NCBI GenBank assembly: GCA_965205215.1 | Contig: OZ242041.1 | Coordinates: forward strand, 1,536,001 to 1,600,000 | Length of the DNA: 64,000 nt | From: Nitrosopumilus sp. | Lineage (GTDB): Archaea > Thermoproteota > Nitrososphaeria > Nitrososphaerales > Nitrosopumilaceae | Direction: 5' to 3' | Shown: piece after piece, positions 50,428 to 60,592 of the stretch | Layout: each line of letters opens with the position of its first letter | Numbering within the stretch: the first letter of the stretch is position 1 | Made by a program: the position numbers and the translations under genes | The notes under the pieces: generated by a model | Seen by the model: only the letters and a program-made list of their open reading frames with translations | Databases searched by the model: none | Told to the model about the DNA's origin: nothing

Positions 50428-51483
50428 ATGGGCCTCAAGAGATACGCCGCCACCAGGGTTGCCACCATGTTCGGTGTGCTGATGATAACGCTGCTCATCA
50501 CAATCGCGCTTGTAGGCTCCAATATGGACAGCATACTAAAGCAGGGGATTGCATTCCAAGTGAGAAGCCAGATTACGGAGAACCCGGCCACTGCAGAGAG
50601 GTTCACGTCAGTGGAGGAGTTCGAGTTGTTCGTGCAGGAGCAGATAGAGGCCAGGACGGCCCTGCTAGGGCTTGACGAGCCGTGGTACTCGCCGCAGCGC
50701 ATAGGGATCACAATGTACAAGATAATGCTGCTTGACTTTGGACAGGCCACCTTCATCACAAGCGACTCGGGCTCCTCGGACGTCAGGGAGATAATACTTG
50801 AAAAGCTCCCAAGGACCATACTCCTGTTCACGACGGCCACTGTTGTAATCTCAATCGTGGGCATATTCCTAGGGGCCCTTGCTGGAAGCAGGACGGGCTC
50901 CGCAATAGACAAGCTGACCTCCAGCTTTGCCGTCGTCAGCTCGAGCTTTCCGGTATGGTGGGTGGGGATGATCATGATATTCCTGTTTGCATTCACATAC
51001 CAGGTGTTTCCGGCAAGGGCGACGCCGGAGATCCTGCCAGACGAGCCGGGATACGCCGCGGCCCTGCTGTACCACATGACGCTTCCCCTCATCACCATAG
51101 TGCTGATAGGGTTCGGGGCGTGGGCGTACCTTGTCAGGAACTTTATGGCGGGGATAATGCAGGAGGACTTCATATCGGCAAAGAGGGCCATCGGCATAAG
51201 GCGCAAGAAGATCATATACGCGCACGCCCTGAAGAACGCCGCCCCGCCCATAGTCACCATACTGGCCCTCAGCCTGTCCGGCTCGCTTGGCGGCGCCATC
51301 ATAACGGAGGCGGTGTTTGACTGGCCTGGCATGGGGCGGCTCTACTTTGAGGCCATAACGGTAATGGATCTGCCCGTAATCATAGGGGCCACGTACATGC
51401 TCACGGTGTTCTTTCTTGCCAGCATATTTACCGCAGACATACTGTACGGCTATTTCGATCCCAGGGTGAGGACGTCGAGTTGA
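50428..51483 (+). CDS. Peptide/nickel ABC transporter permease (DppB/OppB-like)
   Basis: LGLDEP, LDFGQ, SFPVWW, EDFISAKRAIG, HALKNA, ITEAVFDWPGMG, DPRVR. Confidence 0.93.
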   Translation: MGLKRYAATRVATMFGVLMITLLITIALVGSNMDSILKQGIAFQVRSQITENPATAERFTSVEEFELFVQEQIEARTALLGLDEPWYSPQRIGITMYKIMLLDFGQATFITSDSGSSDVREIILEKLPRTILLFTTATVVISIVGIFLGALAGSRTGSAIDKLTSSFAVVSSSFPVWWVGMIMIFLFAFTYQVFPARATPEILPDEPGYAAALLYHMTLPLITIVLIGFGAWAYLVRNFMAGIMQEDFISAKRAIGIRRKKIIYAHALKNAAPPIVTILALSLSGSLGGAIITEAVFDWPGMGRLYFEAITVMDLPVIIGATYMLTVFFLASIFTADILYGYFDPRVRTSS

Positions 51484-53084
51484 GCGCGGGTGACAGCGGG
51501 GCGGCGGGGCCTCCGGGAAAGGAGGGGCCGCACGAAAAAAAAGAAGGGGAGGTAGAGTACGCGGCACCTGCGCCGGCCGCGGGGCCGCGGCCGTCTCCTA
51601 CGTCACCGTCACACCCGACGCCGCCGTCGCCGCCGAGGACACCGGATGCGGTAGCTGACGCGGGAGGGTTGCGCGACACGTGGCGCGAGATCTTGTCAAG
51701 CCGCATGGGGGCGGCAGGCGTTGTAATACTCGCGGCCCTGATAATTACATCGGCGGCCACCATAGTTGCCATCCCAGTCGAGACCCTCCAGGAATGGAAC
51801 AATCCAAAGAGCTGGATATCATATCCAAAGGCCGCCGTCCCCGCGTGGACCAACGCCATCCTGCCGCAAAAGATACCCGAACACATGATGTTTGACGACC
51901 CCGCAGTGTCAGAACGCGCCGTGGCCGTGGACGGCGCCGCAGGTGCGATAACTGTCACCGAGCACGAATTCACGGTGGACTACGAGTACGACGACTTTCC
52001 AAGCGACTTCATCTACAGCTTTTCGGCAGGGTATGAGGGATCCCCGCTCCTAGAGGTGTCGGCGGACAGGCCGGACGGGAGCACGATCCTGCTGCTCTCA
52101 AAAGCCCTGCCGCGCCTTGCGGCGGATCGTGGAAGTGAGGGGGGGCTGGCAGACTATAGCGGCGGCCCCGCGACGCATTCGGAGCGCATATTCTCGACGG
52201 ACAGCACGATACGGAAGAACATTGCGATGCAGGCGCCCTCCATATTCAGGCACGACACGTCGGGCGCGTCGGCCGAAGATGTGCTGTTCTCTGACGCCGC
52301 GGACGGCTCCGTGCTGCGGGGCGTGTACACGTTCCGCGTAACCGTGTCTAGTTTGGAGGGGTTCGACATGCTCGAGTCACGGCTCGTGGTAGGCGGCAAG
52401 GCGTTTGGAATAATGGGCACCGACGAGCTGAGGCGCGACCTTGCAATAGGGCTGCTGTGGGGAACGCCGCTTGCCCTGTTCATCGGAATCACGGTGGCCG
52501 TGGCGTCGGTGGTTGCGGGGCTCCTGTACGGGGTCTACGCCGGATACCGCGGCAAGAAGACCGACGAGGCCATGATGAGGTTCAACGACGTGATATACGC
52601 GTTGCCGGCGCTGCCGTTTCTAATCATACTCTCGGTTACGATCAGCAACAGTATACTGCTCATGGTCGGGTTCCTTGCCATGTTCGGATGGGTCGGGGTC
52701 GCAAAGGTGGCGCGCAGCATGTCGCTCCAGATAAAGACCAGGGGATACGTGGACGCGGCCGAGACGATGGGCCAGAGCCGCTCCAAAATAATAACAAGGC
52801 ACATAGTCCCGCAGCTGCTGCCGTACGCGTTTGCAAGCATAGCGATATCGGTTCCGGCCGCCATCACGACGGAGGCGGGCCTGAGCTTCCTGGGGCTGGG
52901 CGACCCGAGCTTCCCCACATGGGGGCAGATACTGCACGATGCAAACACGTTTGGCGCCGCGGCGAGGGGGTTGTGGTGGTGGATGGTGCCGCCTGGCGTC
53001 ATGATAGCGATAACGGGGCTCGCCTTTGTGTTTATAGGAAACGCCCTAGACAGCATAGTAAACCCGCGGCTCAGGCGGCATTAG
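51480..53084 (+). CDS. Peptide/nickel ABC transporter permease (DppC/OppC-like) with large extracellular loop
   Basis: MGTDELRRD, YVDAAETMG, RHIVPQ, EAGLSFLGLG, TWGQIL, NPRLR. Confidence 0.93.
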   Translation: MSAGDSGAAGPPGKEGPHEKKEGEVEYAAPAPAAGPRPSPTSPSHPTPPSPPRTPDAVADAGGLRDTWREILSSRMGAAGVVILAALIITSAATIVAIPVETLQEWNNPKSWISYPKAAVPAWTNAILPQKIPEHMMFDDPAVSERAVAVDGAAGAITVTEHEFTVDYEYDDFPSDFIYSFSAGYEGSPLLEVSADRPDGSTILLLSKALPRLAADRGSEGGLADYSGGPATHSERIFSTDSTIRKNIAMQAPSIFRHDTSGASAEDVLFSDAADGSVLRGVYTFRVTVSSLEGFDMLESRLVVGGKAFGIMGTDELRRDLAIGLLWGTPLALFIGITVAVASVVAGLLYGVYAGYRGKKTDEAMMRFNDVIYALPALPFLIILSVTISNSILLMVGFLAMFGWVGVAKVARSMSLQIKTRGYVDAAETMGQSRSKIITRHIVPQLLPYAFASIAISVPAAITTEAGLSFLGLGDPSFPTWGQILHDANTFGAAARGLWWWMVPPGVMIAITGLAFVFIGNALDSIVNPRLRRH

Positions 53085-53091
53085 CGCCGGA

Positions 53092-53409
53092 TCAGCAGTT
53101 GCGATACGCGCGTATGGCAGAGATTGCGGAGCTGCTGAGTCGTATCGTATAGTTCCCAGAGTTGGGATCCGAGTCCTTTGACTGGGCAAGGGTCTCGACA
53201 AACTGCGTCTTCTTCTCGTCGACTGCCCCCGCCTCATGGGCGCACAGGTTGAACGCCTTGAGGTTGAGTCCCTTCTCCAGCAGGTACGCGATGAATTTCT
53301 TGTACCCCTCGGGGTCGTCCCATTCCTCTCCGCGCTCCCCACATGCAGCTATCCAGACGTCGACTGAATTATGAAACGCCACCTTTTGGCGCAGGTCGTC
53401 AAGGGACAT
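53092..53409 (-). CDS. Hypothetical protein
   Basis: MSLDDLRQKVAFHNSVDVWI...; start abuts the upstream stop. Confidence 0.8.
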   Translation of the reverse strand: MSLDDLRQKVAFHNSVDVWIAACGERGEEWDDPEGYKKFIAYLLEKGLNLKAFNLCAHEAGAVDEKKTQFVETLAQSKDSDPNSGNYTIRLSSSAISAIRAYRNC

Positions 53410-53747
53410 CAGAAATCGGCTCGCTGCATCTTGGAGCCGCACCGGGGGCAGGATCCTCCCTTGTGCTTGTTGTTGCACACGAGGCAGACATACCTCACGC
53501 CGCCGGAGCCACCCTGTGAGCCCAGTCCAAAGAATCCGCCGGCGCGGCTTCCCGTACCGGACGGGCCGCCCCCGCCGTAGCCCCCGCGCATACGGTTGAG
53601 ATACTGCCTCCGGAGCAGCAGCGGAAACGCGATGAACAGGCCGATGGCCGCCACAAGCCCGTACGGAAACGGAAGCACCATCTGCAGCCCTATGCTGACA
53701 CCCAGCGACACGAACAGGAATATCAGGTACGTCTTATAGTTGAACAC
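53409..53747 (-). CDS. Two-TM protein with C-terminal zinc ribbon
   Basis: Hydrophobic N-terminus; CLVC...CPRCGSK. Confidence 0.8.
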   Translation of the reverse strand: MFNYKTYLIFLFVSLGVSIGLQMVLPFPYGLVAAIGLFIAFPLLLRRQYLNRMRGGYGGGGPSGTGSRAGGFFGLGSQGGSGGVRYVCLVCNNKHKGGSCPRCGSKMQRADF

Positions 53748-53978
53748 AGATGTGACACGTCCAAAAAAGGTTATAAAGTTTTGTCAAACCCCGGCGGCAC
53801 CCAATCCCATACGCCATGCCCGAAATGTACCCATTTAACGAAGCCCTCTGGACTGCAAGAGTGACACCGCAAACACGGCGCGCGACGGCCGAGTCACGGC
53901 TTTGCCAACGGTGCGCAGAGGGGTTGCTGCCGAACATGCAAGGGCGTCGCGTATCGGCCCCGGCAGTTGTGAGGCACG

Positions 53979-54275
53979 TCATTCGGCGGTGGGCGCGTCC
54001 GACTCGTCGGGGATGTTCTTGGACTCCTCGGCCCAATTCGGATCGACTGAATCCCAGAGTGAGCTGAGCGCCGCAGGATCAAGCTTGGTCTCGCCCAGTA
54101 CCCTGTTTCGCACCGCAAAGAAAAAGTTCACCATGGCGTCAAGTCCCCCGTCGGAATGGATCTCGCGCCCAATCTCAGTTATGCGCAACTTTTGCGCGGC
54201 GGCATCCGCAGAATCCGGCGCCTGCAGGCACGACGTAAACAGATCCACAAGTTCCTCCTCAAGCATAAAGTCCAA
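53979..54275 (-). CDS. Hypothetical protein
   Basis: MDFMLEEELVDLFTSCLQ...; acidic, helical. Confidence 0.75.
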   Translation of the reverse strand: MDFMLEEELVDLFTSCLQAPDSADAAAQKLRITEIGREIHSDGGLDAMVNFFFAVRNRVLGETKLDPAALSSLWDSVDPNWAEESKNIPDESDAPTAE

Positions 54276-54467
54276 ACAAGTGTCGTACCATAGGTTTACT
54301 TTTTAGCGTTGCGGATTGGCCCAAGAACCGGATCCCGCGAGAGGCCACGCGTGCAGTCCGTCACGGGGGCCGCGACAGGGCCAGGATCAGGACAGTGCAC
54401 GGGCACATGCATGCCCGCCTCGTAGGCGCTGCAGGAGGGCGCAGGGGGCCGGGGCCAAAGTACGCAG

Positions 54468-54869
54468 TTACGGCCCTACCTCAAGTGGGATTTGCTTTCC
54501 ACCGCTGTCCCATGCAAACACCGACTTGTCCTCGTACGGAAAGCCCACAATCACGGAGACAAGCCCAAAAAAGTTGTGCAGGTCGGTCACGGACGGCGTG
54601 GCAGGCCCGCTTGGATGCGAGTGGACCATGCCTATATAGCTCATGTCAAACGGCAGAAAGGAGTGCGGAAACCCCGCAAACGTGGGCCCCGAGTGGCTGA
54701 ACGGAGGAATTACAAGTCCGTCCACTGTGATCACGCCGTTTTTTGACTTGCCCTTTAGTATCAGGACGCCCTCGTTTGGGTGCTTCATCTGGCAGTACGA
54801 CAGTATGCTGTCGAGTACCTCGCGGTGCAGCACCACGCGTCGCTCGTATTTCGTCCTCTTGAAGAACAT
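54468..54869 (-). CDS. JAB/MPN (Mov34) metalloprotease-domain protein
   Basis: HPNEG...VHSHPSG..PSVTD JAMM motif. Confidence 0.92.
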   Translation of the reverse strand: MFFKRTKYERRVVLHREVLDSILSYCQMKHPNEGVLILKGKSKNGVITVDGLVIPPFSHSGPTFAGFPHSFLPFDMSYIGMVHSHPSGPATPSVTDLHNFFGLVSVIVGFPYEDKSVFAWDSGGKQIPLEVGP

Positions 54870-55232
54870 GCAGGCAGTAGACGGTGCGCGTTTAAGAGTA
54901 TGGCGCTACAAGGATACATGCATATGGTTTGGAGCGGCACCACGAGCACGCCGTGCGCGACAACGCCGGGCCAAAATGGCGTCCCGCCGCCAATCACGCC
55001 GGCGCGGACGGAAGGCCACAGAACACCCCCAGAATCGAGGATATGGCAACCGTTGAGGAGTCACCAACGGCAGACGCAACATCCGCAGGCTTTCTGAGCA
55101 AGGCGAATCAATACGCGTGCAGCAAGCATCAGGCACCCTGCACACCTGCACCTCGGCGTTTGCAAGTGCGCGCCATGTCAGATTCATCAGGCCTTTTCAC
55201 CGTCAAACGCGCAGATTTCCAGCAGACAGGCA

Positions 55233-56612
55233 TCATGTGGGGGGGTCTATGCGCGGCGGATCGATCTCATACCTGACCCCGGTGTGCTGGCGGAGCCGCA
55301 TCTGGAGGTCGGCAGACATATCCAGGATGGCAGAGCCGTCGTCCTTGATCTGGGCCCGGAGGGCCTCCATCCTATGTCCCGTATCCTTGTGCTGCGAGGC
55401 GGCTTTTGACAGTTTGGCCTCGCATTCATCAAGGTCGGCCGGCTTTGCAGCGCGGGCCTTGCTTTCAAGATCCCCCCGGCGCCCGTCGCATTCGGCCACC
55501 CTGTCGGCAAGGGGCCCTACCATGTCGGCCGTCTCCGCGAGCATGGCAATCGTCTTTTCCACGTCCTTGGCCGAGATGGAGCCCGTTGCCACCGCGCGCC
55601 TTACGTTTGAGAATATTACGGATATGGTCTCCACGTTCTCAGGGTGCACGGTGCCGGCGGGGTCGGCCACAAGTCCGGCAAGTACTTTCTGCTGCGCCTT
55701 GTCAAGCGAGGAGCCGTACTCGTACCTGCCAAGCGGCCGGGATATCTTCGAGAACTGGGCGCCTATCTCGGCGCGTATCTGCGACATTTGGGCGTCGCAT
55801 TCTTCAGCGTCAGACAGCAGTCTCAGGTATTCGGCATGTTCCTTGGACGACTTTATCTTGGTGAGCTCTGATCTCGACTTAGAGACGCGTGACTCAAGCA
55901 GCTCAAACTCAGCAGACATGTCGCGTACCCTCTGTGTTTTCTTGCGCAGATCGTCGCGGCGCCTGGCCAGCCCGTCTGCAATCGCGACGATCTCGCCGGA
56001 TTCTGAGTCGGCCTCGCTGTGCCGGTCCAGGATGGCCCGCATCTCCGAGTGCCGGGAGTTCATCACCTCTAGGTTGCTCTTGAGTTGGTTTGCGTGTTTT
56101 TTTGCAAACAGGTGTATGACGCGCGTCTGCCGGCCAAGCACATCCCCCATCTTTTTCAAGAGCTGCCGGAGTTCGGACTCGGCCTTTGCGGCGCTCTCAA
56201 TCGAGGCCACCGCGGGAAGGGGGGCCACGCTGCGCCGTATCACGTCGATGACCTGCTTTTTTCCGCGCACCACTATAATGGCAAGGTGCCTGTCAATGGA
56301 GTCCACGTTGAGGTCGTCGTGCTCAAGGGCCCGTCCCATTCCCATGAGTTCCTCAACCATGGGCTCTACAGAGTCGCGTATGTCCCTGATCTCGGATACG
56401 GCCCGTTTTTGCCTGCGCCGACCATACTCGGATACAATCTCGGAGACCTTGTCAGGCGGAATGCGTAAGTCAGGAGCGTCGCCGCGGTTGTCGCTGCCGC
56501 CGCCGGCGGCGGCGTCATGGCCGAGGCCGTGCGGTTCGTTGCGCGGGGCTCGGCTGCCGTCGCGGGGGCGTCCGTCGTCCTTCTTTCTCTTTCTTCCAAA
56601 CCCGAATACCAT
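55233..56612 (-). CDS. Coiled-coil hypothetical protein
   Basis: Start MVFGFGRK; long heptad-rich helices; the upstream extension in the ORF track is the antisense of tnpB. Confidence 0.8.
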   Translation of the reverse strand: MVFGFGRKRKKDDGRPRDGSRAPRNEPHGLGHDAAAGGGSDNRGDAPDLRIPPDKVSEIVSEYGRRRQKRAVSEIRDIRDSVEPMVEELMGMGRALEHDDLNVDSIDRHLAIIVVRGKKQVIDVIRRSVAPLPAVASIESAAKAESELRQLLKKMGDVLGRQTRVIHLFAKKHANQLKSNLEVMNSRHSEMRAILDRHSEADSESGEIVAIADGLARRRDDLRKKTQRVRDMSAEFELLESRVSKSRSELTKIKSSKEHAEYLRLLSDAEECDAQMSQIRAEIGAQFSKISRPLGRYEYGSSLDKAQQKVLAGLVADPAGTVHPENVETISVIFSNVRRAVATGSISAKDVEKTIAMLAETADMVGPLADRVAECDGRRGDLESKARAAKPADLDECEAKLSKAASQHKDTGHRMEALRAQIKDDGSAILDMSADLQMRLRQHTGVRYEIDPPRIDPPT

Positions 56613-56744
56613 GTATGCCTCTGAGACACACATGATTAAAAATTGTCGCCAAGGGTTCCACTTCCAATCCATGATATGTCCGGACTGATGCTCCGGCCAA
56701 TGGACAGGGCGCAGCCGGCAGCCATACGGCGGCGCGCCTGTCAC

Positions 56745-58157
56745 GTTATAAACAAGGCATAATAACATGATCACCTTGCGTGTTACGTGTTGCATGCATA
56801 CCGCAAGTACCGGGTCGCCATATCGCTGGCGGCCGACCAGGTGCGCCTCATCGACTCGTACCGCGCTGCCCAGCGCCACGCGTACAACTGGTCCGTCGGG
56901 AGGATCATGTCGGGCGGTGCCGTAAGCGAGTACGGGCTGTACAAGGAGCTGACGGCCAGGCGCCGGGAACATGAGTGGATGCGCGCCGCTCCCGCGTGGA
57001 TACAGCGTGCGGGCATCCAAGACGCATGCACCGCGCACAAACTGGCAGCGAGGTCCGGCGGCGGCCTCAGGCACCGCACGAGGAAACGGCATTCCGCAAT
57101 CTCCGTGAGGTGCGCGCTCGCGCCGCGCACAGTCGACAGGCACGGCATCATGCTGCCGTCGTTTGGAACTGTCCGCGCGGCCGTACCCAACGAGGTCATG
57201 GAGCACGAACCAAGATCGTACGAGTTCACCAGGACGCGGAGCGGCCGGTACGTGCTGTACGTGTCGTGCCGCGTCGGGATGCCGCCGCAGCGGAGCGTGC
57301 CCGCGGACGCGACGGTCAAGGGGGTTGACCGCGGCGTCGCGGAGCCCACGGTGGTCGTGACCATGGACCGCGGGGGAAGTGCAGTCGCAAAGGACTCCTA
57401 CGGCACGGCCGCGCCGTTCAGGGACGGCCGCGCGGAATACCAAGAAATGCAGTCAAGGATGTCCAAGATGAACAGGCACTCCAACAGGTTCAGGAGGCTG
57501 CACGCGCGGCTCCGCAGGCGCCTGCAGAAGACCAGAAGCCGCCGCCAGTACGCGGAGTGCATCGCGGCCAAGCACGTGTGCGACGACCACGCACCCGGCG
57601 TGATCGTGCTCGAGGACCTCAAGGTATCAAGCATGACCCGCAGGGGGCGCGGCTCCCACAAGAGGGGGCTCAACCGCGAGATGCGCTTCGTGCGGCACCG
57701 CGCCGTCGAGCAGCGCATACGAAACCGCGCCGAGCTCGCGGGCATACAGATCATCACGGTCGACCCCAGGTACACGTCGCAGGAGTGCGCGAGGTGCGGG
57801 CACGTCGACAAGTCCTCGAGGGTGACGAGGGACATGTTCAGGTGCACCAAGTGCAGTTACGTTCAACAGGCCGACGTCAACGCGGCCATGGTAATCGGGG
57901 GATACGGCCTGCCGCCCACAGACCCCGGTGACACGACGAGAAAATGGCAGGCCACGGGGGCAGGAACGGCCCTCGTAAGACGCGAACTGGACGCGCGCCT
58001 CAACTGCTTCTCAGAGGCGGTCGGGGGCCCCGCGAGGGGGCACGAGAGCCAAGTGCCGGCGCGTTCCCTTTCCCGCAGCGGAATGAAGAAAGAACGTCAG
58101 AGTGCAGGCGTGGTGTTTGGCCGGGCTGCCGATTACGGCATGCCCAGCTAATATCAC
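56745..58157 (+). mobile_element. TnpB-only IS200/IS605-superfamily element (IS1341-like)
   Basis: TCACG at 56741-56745 and 58154-58158 flanks tnpB; no tnpA present; boundaries inferred. Confidence 0.6.
56787..58151 (+). CDS. tnpB: RNA-guided endonuclease TnpB
   Basis: RuvC I GVDRG, RuvC II VLEDL, Zn ribbon TSQECARCG...FRCTKC, RuvC III ADVNAA; GTTATAAA box upstream. Confidence 0.93.
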   Translation: MLHAYRKYRVAISLAADQVRLIDSYRAAQRHAYNWSVGRIMSGGAVSEYGLYKELTARRREHEWMRAAPAWIQRAGIQDACTAHKLAARSGGGLRHRTRKRHSAISVRCALAPRTVDRHGIMLPSFGTVRAAVPNEVMEHEPRSYEFTRTRSGRYVLYVSCRVGMPPQRSVPADATVKGVDRGVAEPTVVVTMDRGGSAVAKDSYGTAAPFRDGRAEYQEMQSRMSKMNRHSNRFRRLHARLRRRLQKTRSRRQYAECIAAKHVCDDHAPGVIVLEDLKVSSMTRRGRGSHKRGLNREMRFVRHRAVEQRIRNRAELAGIQIITVDPRYTSQECARCGHVDKSSRVTRDMFRCTKCSYVQQADVNAAMVIGGYGLPPTDPGDTTRKWQATGAGTALVRRELDARLNCFSEAVGGPARGHESQVPARSLSRSGMKKERQSAGVVFGRAADYGMPS

Positions 58158-58217
58158 GGACTGGAAGCAGTTCCTCGCCAAGCAAGGCATATAACCGGAC
58201 GGGTGACATTCACGCAA

Positions 58218-58709
58218 ATGCGGGGTTCCAAGACCCTCATAACGGCGGGCAGCGGCGCACACCACAGCGCCACCCTCAAGAGGAGGTCACCAAGGATAAG
58301 GGCAACCCCCCAAAAGGCATGGAGGATACTGGGAGACATCGCATCCATGCCGCGGTGGGCTCCGGGTGTCAGCAGGGTCACCATCACGTCAGGCTCCAAG
58401 AGGGGCGTGGGTGCGGTCAGGAACGTGGCGTTTGAGGACGGAAAAACCATAGAGGAGCACATAGTGTCATGGAGCGCCGGCAGGAGCTTCACGTACGTTG
58501 CGACGGACGGGCTCCCCCTGCGCGCGTACGTGGCCACAGTCGCCATCAGCTCAAACGAGAGGGACGGCACCATAACCATAACTTGGCAGTCATACATGAA
58601 CAGCGTCAGGATGCCAGAGGCGGAGTTCGCCCGGCTGCTGGACGACATGGGCAGGTTTTATGATGGATCCCTTGCCAACCTTGCGGAGATGCTCCAAGGC
58701 CGCAAGTGA
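58218..58709 (+). CDS. SRPBCC/polyketide cyclase-like protein
   Basis: AWRILGD...PRWAPGV...GVGAVRNV...IEEHIVSW. Confidence 0.85.
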   Translation: MRGSKTLITAGSGAHHSATLKRRSPRIRATPQKAWRILGDIASMPRWAPGVSRVTITSGSKRGVGAVRNVAFEDGKTIEEHIVSWSAGRSFTYVATDGLPLRAYVATVAISSNERDGTITITWQSYMNSVRMPEAEFARLLDDMGRFYDGSLANLAEMLQGRK

Positions 58710-58759
58710 CGCCCGGCGCAACTAGGCTAAATATGGCGTGTCGCATACAGGCTGTGGCG

Positions 58760-59194
58760 ATGGGCGACATCAGGTTTTCCATGATCGGCATAGGGCTGAT
58801 CTTTGCGGGGTTTGTCGTACTCGGCATATTTGGTGGGAACTACCAGTCGGCCTCCATCGAGTCGGAGGAATTTGGCACGTGCTACAGGTACTCTGAGGAC
58901 ATGGAGCCGGTCAGCGTGAGCTGCGCCGAGGCAATGGCCGAACAGGCCGGATTCCTCGGGGGGATAACGGCCCTTATCGCGGCAGGAGTTGCAGCCTTGG
59001 TAAAGGGCGTGAGGGGCGACTGGGACAGCAGGGTCAGGCCGGAAGACATGGTAGGCCCGAGCGGCGGAGGGGGCGGTGCGGCAGGGCACCATGAGGACAA
59101 AGACGGGGACAGAGGCTCCGGGAAAGAGAACGTCGGAGCGGGGGATGCCGGCGACAACGACGGAAAGAGACACGATGACGGCACCCGGGATTAG
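58760..59194 (+). CDS. Two-TM hypothetical protein
   Basis: MGDIRFSMIGIGLIF...; GDWDSRVRPEDMVGP; Gly/Asp-rich tail. Confidence 0.8.
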   Translation: MGDIRFSMIGIGLIFAGFVVLGIFGGNYQSASIESEEFGTCYRYSEDMEPVSVSCAEAMAEQAGFLGGITALIAAGVAALVKGVRGDWDSRVRPEDMVGPSGGGGGAAGHHEDKDGDRGSGKENVGAGDAGDNDGKRHDDGTRD

Positions 59195-59256
59195 ACGGAT
59201 GAGGGCTCCGGCTACGCGTCACCGGCCATAACATGCATGTGGAACTCCTGCGGCCG

Positions 59257-59317
59257 TCATCATCATCATCGTCATCATCGCCATCGCCATCGCCATCGCC
59301 ATCATCATCGTCACCAT
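59257..59317. repeat. Compound microsatellite (ATC)n/(GCCATC)n
   Basis: Visible directly between convergent genes. Confidence 0.9.
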
Positions 59318-59343
59318 TAACAACAATGCAATAATGGTGCGCG

Positions 59344-59577
59344 TCAGGCGTCTTTTTCAATAAGCGTGGTGGTGGAGCGCACCTTTGGCAGGTTCTTTAT
59401 GCTCCATGCCACGATTTCGCGTATCTTTTCAAAATTCTCCGCCTCCAGCTTGACCAGCATGTCGTGGGCCCCCATCGTCTCAGACACGTGCGACACGTTC
59501 TCCAGCTCGCGGAGTTTTTCCACAAGTTCGGCCTCGGCTCCAAGATCGCAGTTGAGCATGACGTACGCAACAGTCAT
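59344..59577 (-). CDS. Stand-alone Lrp/AsnC ligand-binding domain protein
   Basis: AYVMLNCDLGAE...MGAHDMLVKLE...VRSTTTL. Confidence 0.9.
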   Translation of the reverse strand: MTVAYVMLNCDLGAEAELVEKLRELENVSHVSETMGAHDMLVKLEAENFEKIREIVAWSIKNLPKVRSTTTLIEKDA

Positions 59578-59773
59578 GTCAGTACGACGGCCGATGGGCG
59601 TTTAAATATTTGGCAGCATCTCGTGTACAGGCCTGCCTTTTGGAATGACTCTCCCCGCACGGCTTCCTGTGGGCGCGGTCAAATCCGGCCGCCGATAGTA
59701 CCGCGCCCTCGATCCTTTGCCAATCACGGGCGTTACGCTCGACGTCGGATCCACGCGACGGCGGCAGGGGCCG

Positions 59774-59953
59774 TCATTCCGCCTCAAAGGACTCACAGCC
59801 AGAGTTGCACGGCTTGTTCATCACGCCCTCACAATACCCACCGGCGTCGTGCATTATGCGGTGGTGGCCGCACTCCCTGCACCGCTCCCTAAAGTGCGAG
59901 ATAAGCTCGGGCAGCCCTATGCCAGAGTCCCGGATTTTAGACTCAGTCGGCAT
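59774..59953 (-). CDS. Small Cys/His-rich protein
   Basis: CRECGHHRIMH...YCEG...PCNSGC; TTTAAA box upstream. Confidence 0.7.
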   Translation of the reverse strand: MPTESKIRDSGIGLPELISHFRERCRECGHHRIMHDAGGYCEGVMNKPCNSGCESFEAE

Positions 59954-60106
59954 GCCCATGGCCCGTGGCCGCGCGGGCATTCTTTAAAGATTTCCGGTCG
60001 CCCGGGCCAATCGGCGCGGCGCCCGCAGGTAGCCGGACCGCGCCAGATGCGAACGCAGCAAGGTATATTGCCGTCCAAAGGCTGGCAGGCGCAGGTATCA
60101 GGCCGC

Positions 60107-60592
60107 ATGGACAACAGCAAGAATAGCCGCAAAAAGATCATCTATCTTGCAAACCCGTACGGGTTCTCCAAGCAACAGAAAGCGGGCCCGCTGCAAGAGA
60201 TAGTCGGCGCCTTGAGGGGCATGAATCTGGAGGTATGGGAGCCGTTTGAGCGCAACAACCAAACAGACATGTCCAAGGACGGGGCCCCGTATACGGTCGG
60301 ACAGGCCGACATGCGAGACGTCAGGAATTCTGACGGCATATTTGCAATAGTCAACGGCACGCCGCCTGACGAGGGCGTCATGGTGGAACTCGGAATGGCA
60401 ATTGCGTGGGGCAAGAGGGTTTTCCTGTTCAGAGACGACTTTAGAAGGTGCACCGACAGCGCCGCCTACCCGCTCAACCTCATGCTGTTCACAGGGCTCG
60501 GATACGACGACTGGACCGACAGCTACTATACAAGCGTGGACGAGATAGGTAGTCCGGACAAGGCCCTAGCAAGATGGGCCTCGGGGAAATAA
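60107..60592 (+). CDS. Nucleoside 2-deoxyribosyltransferase family protein
   Basis: IYLANPYGFS, VWEPF, DEGVMVELGMA, LNLML. Confidence 0.9.
   Translation: MDNSKNSRKKIIYLANPYGFSKQQKAGPLQEIVGALRGMNLEVWEPFERNNQTDMSKDGAPYTVGQADMRDVRNSDGIFAIVNGTPPDEGVMVELGMAIAWGKRVFLFRDDFRRCTDSAAYPLNLMLFTGLGYDDWTDSYYTSVDEIGSPDKALARWASGK

Noticed and set aside
56613-57443. N-terminal 277-aa extension of the 55233-57443 ORF
   Set aside because: It is the antisense of tnpB; a credible start and TTTAAT box lie at and just above 56612
59034-59360. Poly-Asp ORF
   Set aside because: Arises from the intergenic microsatellite, overlaps two real genes, and has no credible start
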